Assembly: GCF_009914755.1 (NCBI RefSeq)
Contig: NC_060938.1
Direction: 5' to 3' (one strand)
Origin: the human T2T-CHM13v2.0 reference genome, Homo sapiens
Length of the DNA: 64,000 bases
Shown here piece by piece: positions 27,519 to 39,245 of this stretch. The notes below the pieces were generated by a model. That model searched no databases. It was not told the DNA's origin and worked only from the letters and a program-made list of their open reading frames with translations. The number at the start of each line of letters is the position of its first letter. The stretch's first letter is position 1. The position numbers and the translations under genes were made by a program.

Positions 27519-30500
27519 TGATTTTTAATTATTGTTCATTTTTTATATTATTCATATAATTTCTCCATTAATTCAGAAAATAAGTAGTTTAGTTCTACCT
27601 TATTGCTTTGGATGACATGACTTGGTATGACTGGAAATAAAACACTGACAATTAATGATTCACTGAAATTATACCTGATATTTGTAAATAACTTCAAGAT
27701 TCATAGATGAAAAACATTCCAAAAACTGCCAGTATTTTTATTACAACTTATCTATTGCCTTACAAATGCCATCATCACCTTAGCTCAGCAAGAAAGATGA
27801 TATTCTCTAGCTTGGGGGCCGTAAAACTTTCATTTTTCAATAGGATGTGCAGATATAAATCATTTATTAAACTTTAATAAATCTCTGTTCCACAGGTACA
27901 CACCACTCCGCAGGGTATCAAAATCTTGTAACAGTTAATTATGGAATGTGAAGGTTACATATTTTTCAGCCCAATAACTTTAAAATGCTAAACAAAAAAA
28001 TCAAAAGATTAGTTTTAATAAAACTCAGTAAACCAAAGAGTGTAAATAATATGGGTGAAGAATCTTTGAAATGTCAATATGGTTTTTATATGAGATTTTA
28101 CTTCTGTTATAAGTAAACAAGGAGAGGAATTTAGGCAAAACCAATTTTTACTAGTATTCACTGAAAACTTTTCTTCTATTGAAATGGTGGCATATATTAT
28201 ATGCTACTAAGACAGTTCAAAAAACTAGAACCTATTCAAGATATTGTTGCATAACTTTGTAGATTCCTAAATGACTGTTCTTCTTTAAAAATAAAATGTT
28301 TCAAATATATAATTTAAAATACATAAAATTTCAATTTCCCCATATTAGCTGATAAGCAAAAGATAAATAAATTAGAAAATTTTAAATAATAAATCAGCAC
28401 AGGTAAGTTGATTTGTAAAAATCTAGCTGAATTTTGCTTTCTAATTACAGAATCAGAATGTAAGGAGAAAATGTTTTCAGCTGGAACTTAAATAGACCGG
28501 CCACAAATAACCCGTAATTCTCTATAAATGGACTGTCATGCTGAGAACAGCTTTATGCCACGCTGATCCTAGCTCCACAAGAGCCGGCTAAGCTACACTT
28601 ACCCAGTAGCAGGTCACACTCCAGAGCCCACTGGATTCTTGCTGACACAATAAGTACGCTTCCAGCTGGGGCCAAGAACAATCTGGACTCAGGCAGAGTG
28701 TGAATTACAGTGAAGAGCTACCACCCTCCTAACCACAGCCAATCAACAGAAAATAAACACAGGTAGGAGAAGGAATGAACTCCTTTCCACAACATGAGTA
28801 CATCACTTTTTCTCTGTTACAGTTTTGTGGAGGAAATCATCCCCTTGGGATCTTCAGCGTTGTCTCATTTACCTCCGCTCTCTCTAGAACTGGGTGGTGC
28901 AAAAATGCCTAAGCCTTCTTGGGAAAGGAAACTGAGTGCCACATGCATAGGAGGCGTGGCTATGGGTCAGCTGGTGTACCTCTAATGCAAGTACCTCACA
29001 TGCTTAAAATGGTTCTTCCTCCTATCCCTCCTTTCCGTAAACTGCACCCTCTGTTTCACCCAAAACCAAAATGGTAAAATCACTGAGAAAACACAAGAGT
29101 TATTGAAATCAAAGTGTTAACAATTCCTTTTAAGTGTATCTTGCGTTTTAAATGGATGTGGTATCTTAATATCATATTGTGATTATATTTTTAATTTTTC
29201 AAAGCCACAACCTGACTTAAAAGAGGTCAATATTCTTTTCCTCCTTTAATAAAATTGTACTGACAAGTTTTAATAAAAGCTGTGCCTGTTTTATATTTTC
29301 TTGTTGTGGATTATATACAAAATTAAATATAGAATCATTTTATGTTCAGTTAACAACTTTTAATTTTTTTCCTAATTGAAATGTAAGAGTGTACATATTG
29401 TTACTATGTAAGGCTTTGTAAAATGTAGTCCTTTTAAAGCTAAAAGAATAGGACCAAAATAATTCAACATAAACATGTATTAATCATGTGTCAATTACCA
29501 TTTAAATCTGTACTACTATTTTACTATAGATAACTTACTGAACACCTCCCTTCAAAATAAATCACCATGATTTGAGATTAACTACAGATACTTATGGAGG
29601 TATAATTTATTACAAGGTAAATAGGAGTCCTAAACCATCTTAAATATATTAAGGAAAGACAAGAAGGGGAATCTCAGGATAAAATAACACCAGTCTTCCA
29701 ATGGGAATATATATTTTGTAGTACGATTGCTTGAGAATACATGGATTCATTGCTACATGGGTGGATGGATGAAGCAGACAGTTCAAGTAGACTCTGAGGG
29801 AACTTCTGGAGGCATTGTGGGTTCAGAAAGAGAGAAGGGACTTACTGAGTTGACGCAGAAGGAGAGGGCTTGGAGCAAAACTTGCTCAAGAGTCTGAAGG
29901 GCATTCAAACCTCTTATTTTGTTTTCTTGGCTATGCCATATTGGATGAATTCCTAACCCCATTTCTATCCTCCATGGCTCCATGGAAATTCTTTTTATTT
30001 TTTTCTTCCCACCCATGAAGTCTTCTACTGCATTGCTACCTGGAATTATTATTTTGGTAGAACATTCTACTCACATATATGTTAAACTATATTATTGGTG
30101 TTAAGGGGAAATATATATTTTACTCTTCTCTGTACCCACGTAATCCCATCTCATAATACCTGTGCACAGTACAGGCTAAAGTGGTAAATATTTGACAACC
30201 ACGAATTTAAAATTTGTTGTTTCATCTATTTACTAATTATCCCAAATGACTATGATGACATGGCTCATAATAATGTGCTTATTTTGATGAGGTCCAAATT
30301 TGAAGTTGATGTAAGAGCACTTCACTTAATCAGTGAAGGACTTTAGATGATAACTCAATAGAGTTCATGCCTCAGCATTATTGTGTAAACCCTTTGTTTC
30401 TACTTCAGAGGAAAACATAAGGATGAAAGGGCAAGGGCTTAACACACAAAGAGCTATTTAAAAAGAAAAGGATAAAGACAAATGGACAGTATCTGTGGAA

Positions 30501-30729
30501 ATAAATTATAGGAACCACTTTCACTCTTCTTTGACTCACCTTGAGAAGAAAAGCCTCGAAACAGTACACTGCCAAGGCAAAGATCAATACAGCTCCCTCT
30601 TCTGAGATGCCACGCGGACTATGCCCCAAGTGAACATTTCAGGGGTGCATCTGCTTTTGTGGATTGGTGGGATCTACATCCCATCTGTTAGTTCTGACCA
30701 CTCATTGATGGTGCATAATGAAATCTTTC

Positions 30730-31078
30730 TAATATGGTTTGGCTGTGTTCCCACCCAAATTTCACATGGTAGCTCCCATAATTCCTATGGGAAGGAATCA
30801 GTGGGAGGTAATTGAATCATGAGGGCGGGCCCTTCCCATGCTATTCTCGTGATAGTGAGTAAGTCTCATGAGATCCGATGGGTTCATAAAGGGGAGTCCC
30901 CCTGCACAAAGAGAGTCCCCGCCTCTCTCTTGCCTGCTGCCATGTAAGACCTGACTTTGCCATAATTGTGAGGCCTCCTCAGCCACGTGGAACTGTAAGT
31001 CCATTAAACCTCTTTTTCTTTATAGATTACCCAGTCTCTGTTATGTCTTTATTAGCAGCATGAGAACAGACTAATATA
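30730..31078 (+). mobile_element. THE1 MaLR solo LTR
   Basis: taatatggtttggctgtgttcccacccaaat...gggaggtaattgaatcatg...ccattaaacctcttttt...agaacagactaatata. Confidence 0.92.
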
Positions 31079-31324
31079 CTGTACTACCAGCAAAGCTGTA
31101 GTCGTTCACCAGGCAACCATTCCTGTGAAATGAACGTAGCATATATAATGGATGTCAAAGAAGTTTCACCACTCAGAGAACATGATGTTATTAAGTATAA
31201 CTTAAACTCTCAAGATCATTTTAAATTCCCTGAAATGTCTCAGCTAACCCATGTAGCATCTGGTAATAAAAATTATTTTTCAAAATGTAAATGTCAAATT
31301 GTAATATCATCTTTAAAATTGTTA

Positions 31325-31500
31325 AGAACAGGCATTGGCATAAAACATGGCTTTAAAGTTACAAAGACCTGAGTCCTTCAACTCAATATGTGACCTTGGA
31401 TAAATCTAATAGCCTCAATGAACTTCCGTTTTTTCATCTGCGGAAAGGGAAAAATAATGCCTATGTCATAGGTACATGGTTACTACTAAATTATGTAACC
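31325..31500 (+). mobile_element. MIR SINE
   Basis: agacctgagtcc...tgtgaccttggataa...ttttttcatctg...aataatgccta. Confidence 0.65.
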
Positions 31501-33214
31501 TAAATATTCTAATTTTAATGATTAATTATTAAGTAGACATTTAAAATATACTCTACATGCTATATTAAAGAAACAATCTGAGAATAATTACTTCATTAAA
31601 AAGTAAAAATATTACCATGTTCAGAAAGAACAAATTATGCTGCTGTTACAGATAACTGTTGCAATATGTTATCACAAATATTCAAACGAATGTCTTCAAT
31701 GCCCTAAACTTCAGTTTGTGGTCCATCTCTGGAGAGCCCAGCCTTCATACACTACTCAAGTTGAAAGGAGATTTCAGATGAAAAAGGTTTTACACTGGCT
31801 GAGAGAATGGATGGCTGGCTTTTCAAAAACAAACCAAAAATGGATTTTCTGTCTGAGTCCTAGGTTTAACTGTTAAGCTGGCCAGTTCAAAGATAATTAA
31901 AGGTTATCTCCTTTCTACTGATTTCCAAACTGGAAAACATACATAGCAATACTTAGTAACACAATCTATGTCAAAGGTTTTAAAAAAGCAGAATGCAAAA
32001 GCCAGCTGGATTTTGTCAGTCAGAATCAAGTTTTGATGTCATAAAGGGCACTGATATTAGCCTTTAATTCAGCAGGATGGGAAACTTCTTTCGAGAGAGA
32101 GAGCATGAAAGGAGAAAAGAAACAAGAGAAACAGATACAATAGCAAATCAGGATCAGAAAAAAAGAAGTGCAAAATAGAAAGTGAAAATAATTTACCATA
32201 GTAGCAATGTTTGGGGTTCTTTTTTCTCAAAGTCAATAATTGCTTAATATAATTCCCAGGAATATGGGTACCATCATTCATCAATCCATTTACTCATGCC
32301 ACCAACGAATGACCAATTCCATCTTTGTGACAGGTATCCTGCTGTCCCTGAAGATATAGAAATATTAAGAGGTGATTACAGGACTGGGTGAGAGCACAGA
32401 AGACCACATAGCCAAGGGCTCCAGCAGAGGAATACACATTAGGCTTATAAATTCATGGTAGAGAGGCATCTGCCTGGGGGAGTCGGAGGTTTTATGTCCA
32501 TTTACACAAAAGATTAAGGTTAACATAGGATGCTAATTCCATTCTATATCATACAACTATTTAACACGAATATTCAATAATGATTAAAGCTTTTCCACTG
32601 GCCACACTTTTTACTTCTGCCCTCTTGCAAAACTTGAGAAGATAGATGACTGATTATATCATCAAATCCATGACCATCTCCCCACCTAATCCATAAGGAT
32701 GGGTCCCTAGAGTAATCTGTTGTTCACGGAGTCTTAATAGCTCAGAGAATGAGGTTTCCACCACTTCTTTGCACGATAAGCCCAAGGAATAATACATTTT
32801 ACAGTCAGAAAGTAGATCCTGATATAAATCTTCATTAGGCTTTCTTTGCTTTACATGAACTTGTGAACACATGAATAATGCATTCGTTTGTCTAGGGATA
32901 TGTAAGTCACAAGTCACCCTTTTATGAATGGAACAATCTTAGTCTATTTTCTTTCAGGGATTAAGAGGAACCAAACAGCAGACACTATAGACACTGTTAG
33001 TTTGGCCTATGGATGTCTCACAGTTAAGGCTCATTTCTCCTGGAGGCCCTAAATAGAAAAACCTAACTCCATGGGAGTATATCTGGACATTAGAACAGTA
33101 CCTGCAAAGCACAGAGCCTGACAACCATAAACATTCAGATGAAAGGAAATGTGCTGTTTCTATTATTACATTATGCTAAACGCTTTTTTATTAGCTAGTG
33201 AATCTAATAACACA

Positions 33215-33830
33215 GCATTCATGAATTCAACGGATATGTATTGAATAGTCTCCAACTCTCATAGGCCTTATGGTCTAGAAAGAGAGAGGCATTAATCAAT
33301 GGTTTACATAAATGTGTGTAAAATTACAATTATGGTTAGTATTTCAAAAGGAAGGTAAACGATGCTAAGAGAGGGTATGGGAAAATAGACAGGAATTCAG
33401 TCATTGCAGGATCTCCAGAGAGGGTTTCCAAGGGAAGTGAGGCAAGACTAGCTTTTTAAAGAGGTCATCTAGCTAGAGCATGAAAAAAAAAAAAATTGGG
33501 GGTGGGGGCGCTAAGGGTGAATTTGGATATAAAATACAAACTAGGAGGTTATTACAGTAGTTCAAGCAAACCATGATAGTAAGTTGCTCTAATCTGGTGA
33601 CTGTGAAAAATAGCAACAATAGTAATAATTAGAGCAAACATTTATTGAACACTTACTTTGTAGTAGGGAGAGAAATGAGAGGCTTTAAGAGATTTTTTTC
33701 AAAGACAGGTTCGACAGACTTACTGATGGATTGAAAATGGCTGGCTAAAAACAGGAAGGTGTTTTTAGGCATCTGATATGTGGGCTTGGAATATGATGGT
33801 ACTATTTATTGAACCGGGAACCACTATGAT
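33215..33830 (-). mobile_element. L2 LINE fragments
   Basis: cattcatgaattcaacggatatgtattga...ctctcataggccttatggtctag...ggaggtttattacagtagttcaag...gatggattga. Confidence 0.55.
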
Positions 33831-34767
33831 GAGTCTTCTGTCCACCTGTACAATAATATTCCAAACATCAAACAAAATTATGTTTTGAAAAATGTCACTG
33901 AAGGATCTGGTGACTTGTTAATCCATCAACTTCAAAGCCTTACTCTGGAGAACTCAAAGAATAAGAGTCAGTGATAATGTAGATTTTCTGGTCAGCTGTC
34001 AGTCAAGACTTGACAAATTTTCATTAGTATTCATTATAATTCTACTCCTCATGGTAATTACTTCTATGAGACACATAGTTTGTAAACATCTTATCATATA
34101 CTATCAACAAGGTAATTCTTTTTGTAGATTCTACACAAGTGGTTTTTCTAGTTTATAAATATAGGCATAAAGAAAATCATGATTTATTCCATTTGCTTTA
34201 GTGTAAAGTGTGTATTACTTCCAAGTGTGATGCTAATTCCAGAAAAATAAGAGACTGACAAAGCAAACTGGCATACCAGTCTTTTCCTGTTGGGAGACAG
34301 TCTACACGGAAATAAAGACGCACATAGACAATGAGATCAGACGATCCTTTGCAGAAATTGGTGTGTCCACAGGGTAATTTATTTACAGTATATTCATGTT
34401 ACAGTTTCTTCATCTGTGAAATAGGAATGGCAGGTTTCAGAATGATAAAGTAGGTTCTACTTCTCAGTGTTGTGAGGAATGCCAGCAATACTAATGCACA
34501 ATGCTCAAGACAGTGTCTACAGAAAAATATAAGTTGCTGTCATTTTGATTGTAAGCACCAGACAGTATGCAATTAAGGAGTAATGAAGAAATATGTCAAA
34601 GAAAAGAATGGCTGAGGGGATGTATCTGTCACACAGAAAATTTTGAACAGAGGAAACATGTCTTACTCATAACTGTATAGAATATAGAGTGGTATATTTT
34701 GCAGAGAAGATATAGAATAACTGCTTGTTAAACTGAAACTACCTAGCTTAATATGTGGCATATTTTC

Positions 34768-34917
34768 TTTTTCTTTCCCTTTTTTTTTTGTATTTTTAGT
34801 AGAGACTGGGTTTCTCCAAGTTGGTCAAGGTGGTCGCAAACTCCTGACCTCAGGTGATCCACCCACCTCAGCCTCCCAAAGTGTTGGAATTACAGGTGTG
34901 AGCCACCATGCCCAGCC
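34768..34917 (-). mobile_element. Alu left monomer only (AluSp/Sq-like) with TSD
   Basis: left arm ending at ctactaaaaatacaaaa plus A-rich tail; TSD catattttc at 34759-34767 and 34919-34927. Confidence 0.85.
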
Positions 34918-36291
34918 ACATATTTTCATATTAAAAAGATGCAAAATGAAAATTGCTTATTTTTAAAGACTGTTGGACAGTCTAGAAAATAGAACCCATA
35001 CATAAGCAGCAAAGCAAGAAAAAATATTTGATAGGCTTGTCAGTTAGGCTGGTAAATAGAAGCTGTTGTGCTTTCATTTCCATTCACATTTCTGGGTCTC
35101 CAAAGCATCGGAGAAAGCTTACCATCGTCAAATTCACCTGGGCACAAACCCCTCTGCCTGCAGTCAGTCTGTGTGGAGGAATTGACTATTTCAGGATAAA
35201 CTATACATTTCATGATATAAATACCAAGATCCGAATCTGAAAATCAGTGGCCTAAAGATATATTTTGTTTATCTCACATAGTTTTCAAAAACATTTAATC
35301 AATTGTGAATTTCAATAGAGAAACTGCACATTAAAAATCTGGATTTCTGTTTTCTCTGGAGTAGGAAGTTTTAGCAATATGGGGACTGGATTTGGCATTC
35401 CCTCTGTCATCTGGTCCTGAATGCTGTCTGTCACTCTCTGTAGAAAGACTCGCATTCTCCCATGGTCTTCAGACATCACCAGGCCAGTCTGACTCATGCA
35501 CTCTCCTGGCTGACTGATTTAGATATTTGAGATTGAGATCCCTGGCTCAAAGATCACTGATATGGATACCACATATTATGACAACAAAGATAGGTAACAT
35601 AGAAGTAATCATTTCTTTAAAATGCTACAAATAAAGACAATCAGCTTGAGATACAAGATGTTAGATTAGATGATAAAATACAGCATGTACTTGATGATCT
35701 AAGGCTCCCTCCAGCTTTAAAATTCTACCACTTTATGCAAGGTGAGAAGGGAGTTTTTATGTAATGGGATAAGTCTTAAACATTATTAAAACATGTTTTC
35801 TTAAATATGTACCATCTTCAATTTACTATGTCATAAACAATTTATATTGCCTTAGTCCACATTAAGAGACTAACTTATGAGTCTAAAATGCAGAAAATAT
35901 GCACAAGAATTTTTGTGAGATTTTATGCTTAAAGTGATAAAATAGATTAATATGTATATCTCTATTTTACTTACCTAATAGAAACTTTCTTACAACCATT
36001 TCTTTATATACAGAAAGAAAGATGCTGCCAATACGTTTGCAAATAACACTTTTGCCTTCTGCTAGAGAGAGGTGTTACAATCTAATAGGGTGAATTCAGA
36101 AAATATTATTCAAAATCTGATATTTTTCTTACTGAAATGGCAATGTTGGAGAATGCTCATGCAAACAATACTCTTGGATGGTACCAGCCTCAGATACAAA
36201 CTTGTCCTTTAAAACTGTCTTCCAGCCAATACCATTTTTTAAGGAAAATTTTACTTCTATTTTAAAAGAAGTTTGAATCTTGAACTTTTAA

Positions 36292-36592
<301 letters not shown>

Positions 36593-37039
36593 AACGTTAC
36601 TTTTTAAAATTTAGCTATAAGAGTAAATTTTTGTGGGAAAAACATTAGTATCAGAAAATAAGCAAAAGATGTCGAATCATTTGAGCTAAAGTACTAATAG
36701 CTAATACTATAATATCAAACCTGAGACACTATTAACTGTAAGATAAATCACCATATGTACTGCAAAAGTAAACCTGCTGCTAGTTAAACTGTGAAATAAT
36801 GCATTCATTATTTGAAGTTTTTATTTCATACATAATGAGATAGCTCTTTAAGACTTATTTAAAATAAACTGATTATGCAGCATGACTATGCACTAAAAAT
36901 GAAAATGCAAGTACAATAAATTCTTACAAGTTTTCCTAAACTTTTTCATATTCAAGACTCACATCTTCAAATCTCTTATAGACTTAGTCATGGTGCTTTG
37001 CGTTTTGCCATTGAAGGTGGTCCTCAGTGTCCTCCAAAA

Positions 37040-37443
37040 ATGGTGGATTGGATAAAGGAAATGTGGTACACATACATCATGGAATACTATGCAGCCATTT
37101 AAAAGAACAAAATCATGTCCTTTGCAGCAACATGGAAGCAGCTGGAGGCTACTATCCTGAATGAAATACTGCAGAAACAGAAAAGCAAATATCACATGTT
37201 CTCACTTATAAGTGGGAGATAACCTTGAGTACACAAGGACTTAAAGATGGGAACAATAGACACTGGGGACTCCAGAAGACAGGAAGATGGGAGGAGGAAG
37301 GAAAGGGCTGGAAAACTGCCCATCTTGTACTACTATTATCTGGATGACGGGATCAATAGATGCCCAAACGTCAGCATCTCTCAATATATCCTTGTAACAA
37401 ATCTGCACATGCACCCCCTGAATCTAAAATTAAAATTAAAAAG
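37040..37443 (+). mobile_element. Primate L1 3' end (L1PA15-16/L1PB-like), 5'-truncated
   Basis: gaaatgtggtacacatacatcatggaatactatgcagcc...ttctcacttataagtgggag...gtaacaaatctgcacatgcaccccctgaatctaaaa. Confidence 0.9.
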
Positions 37444-37796
37444 AACATTGGTAACAGAATTTCTCTTTTAAGAAAAAAAAATATCTTTCATATTGAGCTC
37501 CCAAGGGAGCATTCAGTTATGTTGACGCCTAATTTTGGTTCCAGCTTGCGAGTTGAGGATGTTTTGGACTTGTCAAACTTACCTCCTCTCTTCCCTTCCC
37601 CCAACATTTTTCCTTGGAATTAAAAAAACTGGCCCATATGTGTCTTGTCAACACTGCTGACACATTCTGTAAGGTTTAGCACAGGTACTTCTGGGAGCTG
37701 TCAGTTTGCCTAGCTGATAGCCATTGGAAGATGTTATCTACTTTAGACATTTCTTGATTTCTGATTTTTTTTGTTTTAATGTATAATAAAAGTACA

Positions 37797-38453
37797 TGTA
37801 TTCATTTCCTAGGACTGCCATAACAAAGTGCCACAGTTCTGGAGGATAGAAGGCTGCCATAAAGGTGTCAGCAGAGCCATGCTCCCTCTGAAGGCTTTTG
37901 GGAAGAATGCTCCTTTTCCTCTCTCCTAGCTTTTCTTTTTCTTTTCTTTTTTTTTTTTTCCTCTATCGCCCAGGCTGGAGTGCAATGGCATGATATTGGC
38001 TCACTGCAACCTCTGTCTCCTGGGTTCAAGCAATTCTTGTGCCTCAGCCTCTCAAGAGCTGGAGTTGCAGGCGGGCACCACCATGCCCGGCTAATTTTTG
38101 TATTTTTAGATGGGGTTTCACCATGTTGCCCAGGCTGGCCTTGAACTCCTCTCTCCTGGCTGCTTGGGATTGCCTTCAATCCTTGGTGTCCTTTGACTGG
38201 TGGACACACACCCCAGTCTCTATTTGTGTTATCACCTGGAATTCTCCCTAATGTCTCACTGTGTCTTGCATGGCCTTCTTATAAGTATGCCACTCTTTAG
38301 ATTTACGGTCCATACTAATCCAGTTTGAGCTCATCTTAACTAATTGTATCTGCAAAGAACCTATTTCCACATAAGGTCACCTTCTGAGGTTCCAGGAATA
38401 TCTAAACTTTGTGGGGAGAGTGAAGGGACTATGGCACTATTCAACCTTATACA
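37797..38453 (-). mobile_element. MLT1 (B/C-type) LTR interrupted by Alu
   Basis: tgtattcatttcctaggactgccataacaaagtgccaca...catcttaactaattgtatctgcaaag...ctatttcc...attcaaccttataca. Confidence 0.85.
37932..38150 (-). mobile_element. 5'-truncated Alu with 15-bp TSD inside MLT1
   Basis: TSD tcctctctcct(a/g)gct at 37917-37931 and 38147-38161; 5' junction shares tcct microhomology. Confidence 0.9.
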
Positions 38454-38610
38454 GTACATCTTAGGCTTCATGAAAAACTGTCATTGCTATTAATACCAAT
38501 GCAGACCTATCTCATTTAATAACTACAATATGCATACAAAGTAAGCAATTCAATGGAATTTTATATACCAGAAAATAAGGAAGTTCAGAGAGGTTAAATA
38601 GCTTGCCAGA

Positions 38611-38757
38611 GTCACACTGTCAATCATTGATGAGCCCTATTCAATGGTCCATGCATTGTCCTTTCTTTTCCAGTCACATTGTCAATCATTGATGAGCCCT
38701 ATGCTTGAACATACATTTGTTTGGTGCAGTGGTCCATGCATTGTCTTTTCTTTTCCA
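38611..38757 (+). repeat. Imperfect tandem duplication (62-bp and 85-bp copies) in a MIR relic
   Basis: gtcaca(c/t)tgtcaatcattgatgagccctat and tggtccatgcattgtc(c/t)tttcttttcca each occur twice. Confidence 0.9.
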
Positions 38758-38799
38758 CTATGGCTTACTAAGGCTGAGAATGGTACCTTATATTCTATT

Positions 38800-39245
38800 T
38801 ACCCTGCCAGCGTCACAATTTCATGACCCACCTTGTGCTTCTGGAGCTGGGCCCTACAAGGTGTATCATCTGGGAAGCCTTACACTTGCTTCCAGTTTGG
38901 TTTGGTCAGTGGGAGGCATGTGCAGTAAATAGGAGGGCAGGAACACACGCTGGGCAGTGTAGAGATTCCCCAGGCTCCCTCTCTGCTGGGCCATGGGTTG
39001 GCAGGGGCTTCCTATGTCCACTGAAGGTTTCCATTGGATGGCCCATCTCCAAGTGCTACAGTCCCAGTTGGGTGGTCATGACTTCTTCTCCACGCCCTTC
39101 CAGGCATGGGATGATTCCTGGGTACTTTACTATCCTCATTGCTTATTCTACCCTACTACATAACTTTGTAAATAGTTCTTTGATTAACCTTTCCTCAATC
39201 ACTTCTCAAGAGTGCCATCTGTTTCCTAACAGAAACCAGGCAGAT
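38800..39245 (+). mobile_element. LTR33-like ERVL solo LTR
   Basis: cttccagtttggtttggtcagtgggaggca...ctttgtaaatagttctttgattaacctttcctca...gagtgccatctgtttcct. Confidence 0.65.
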
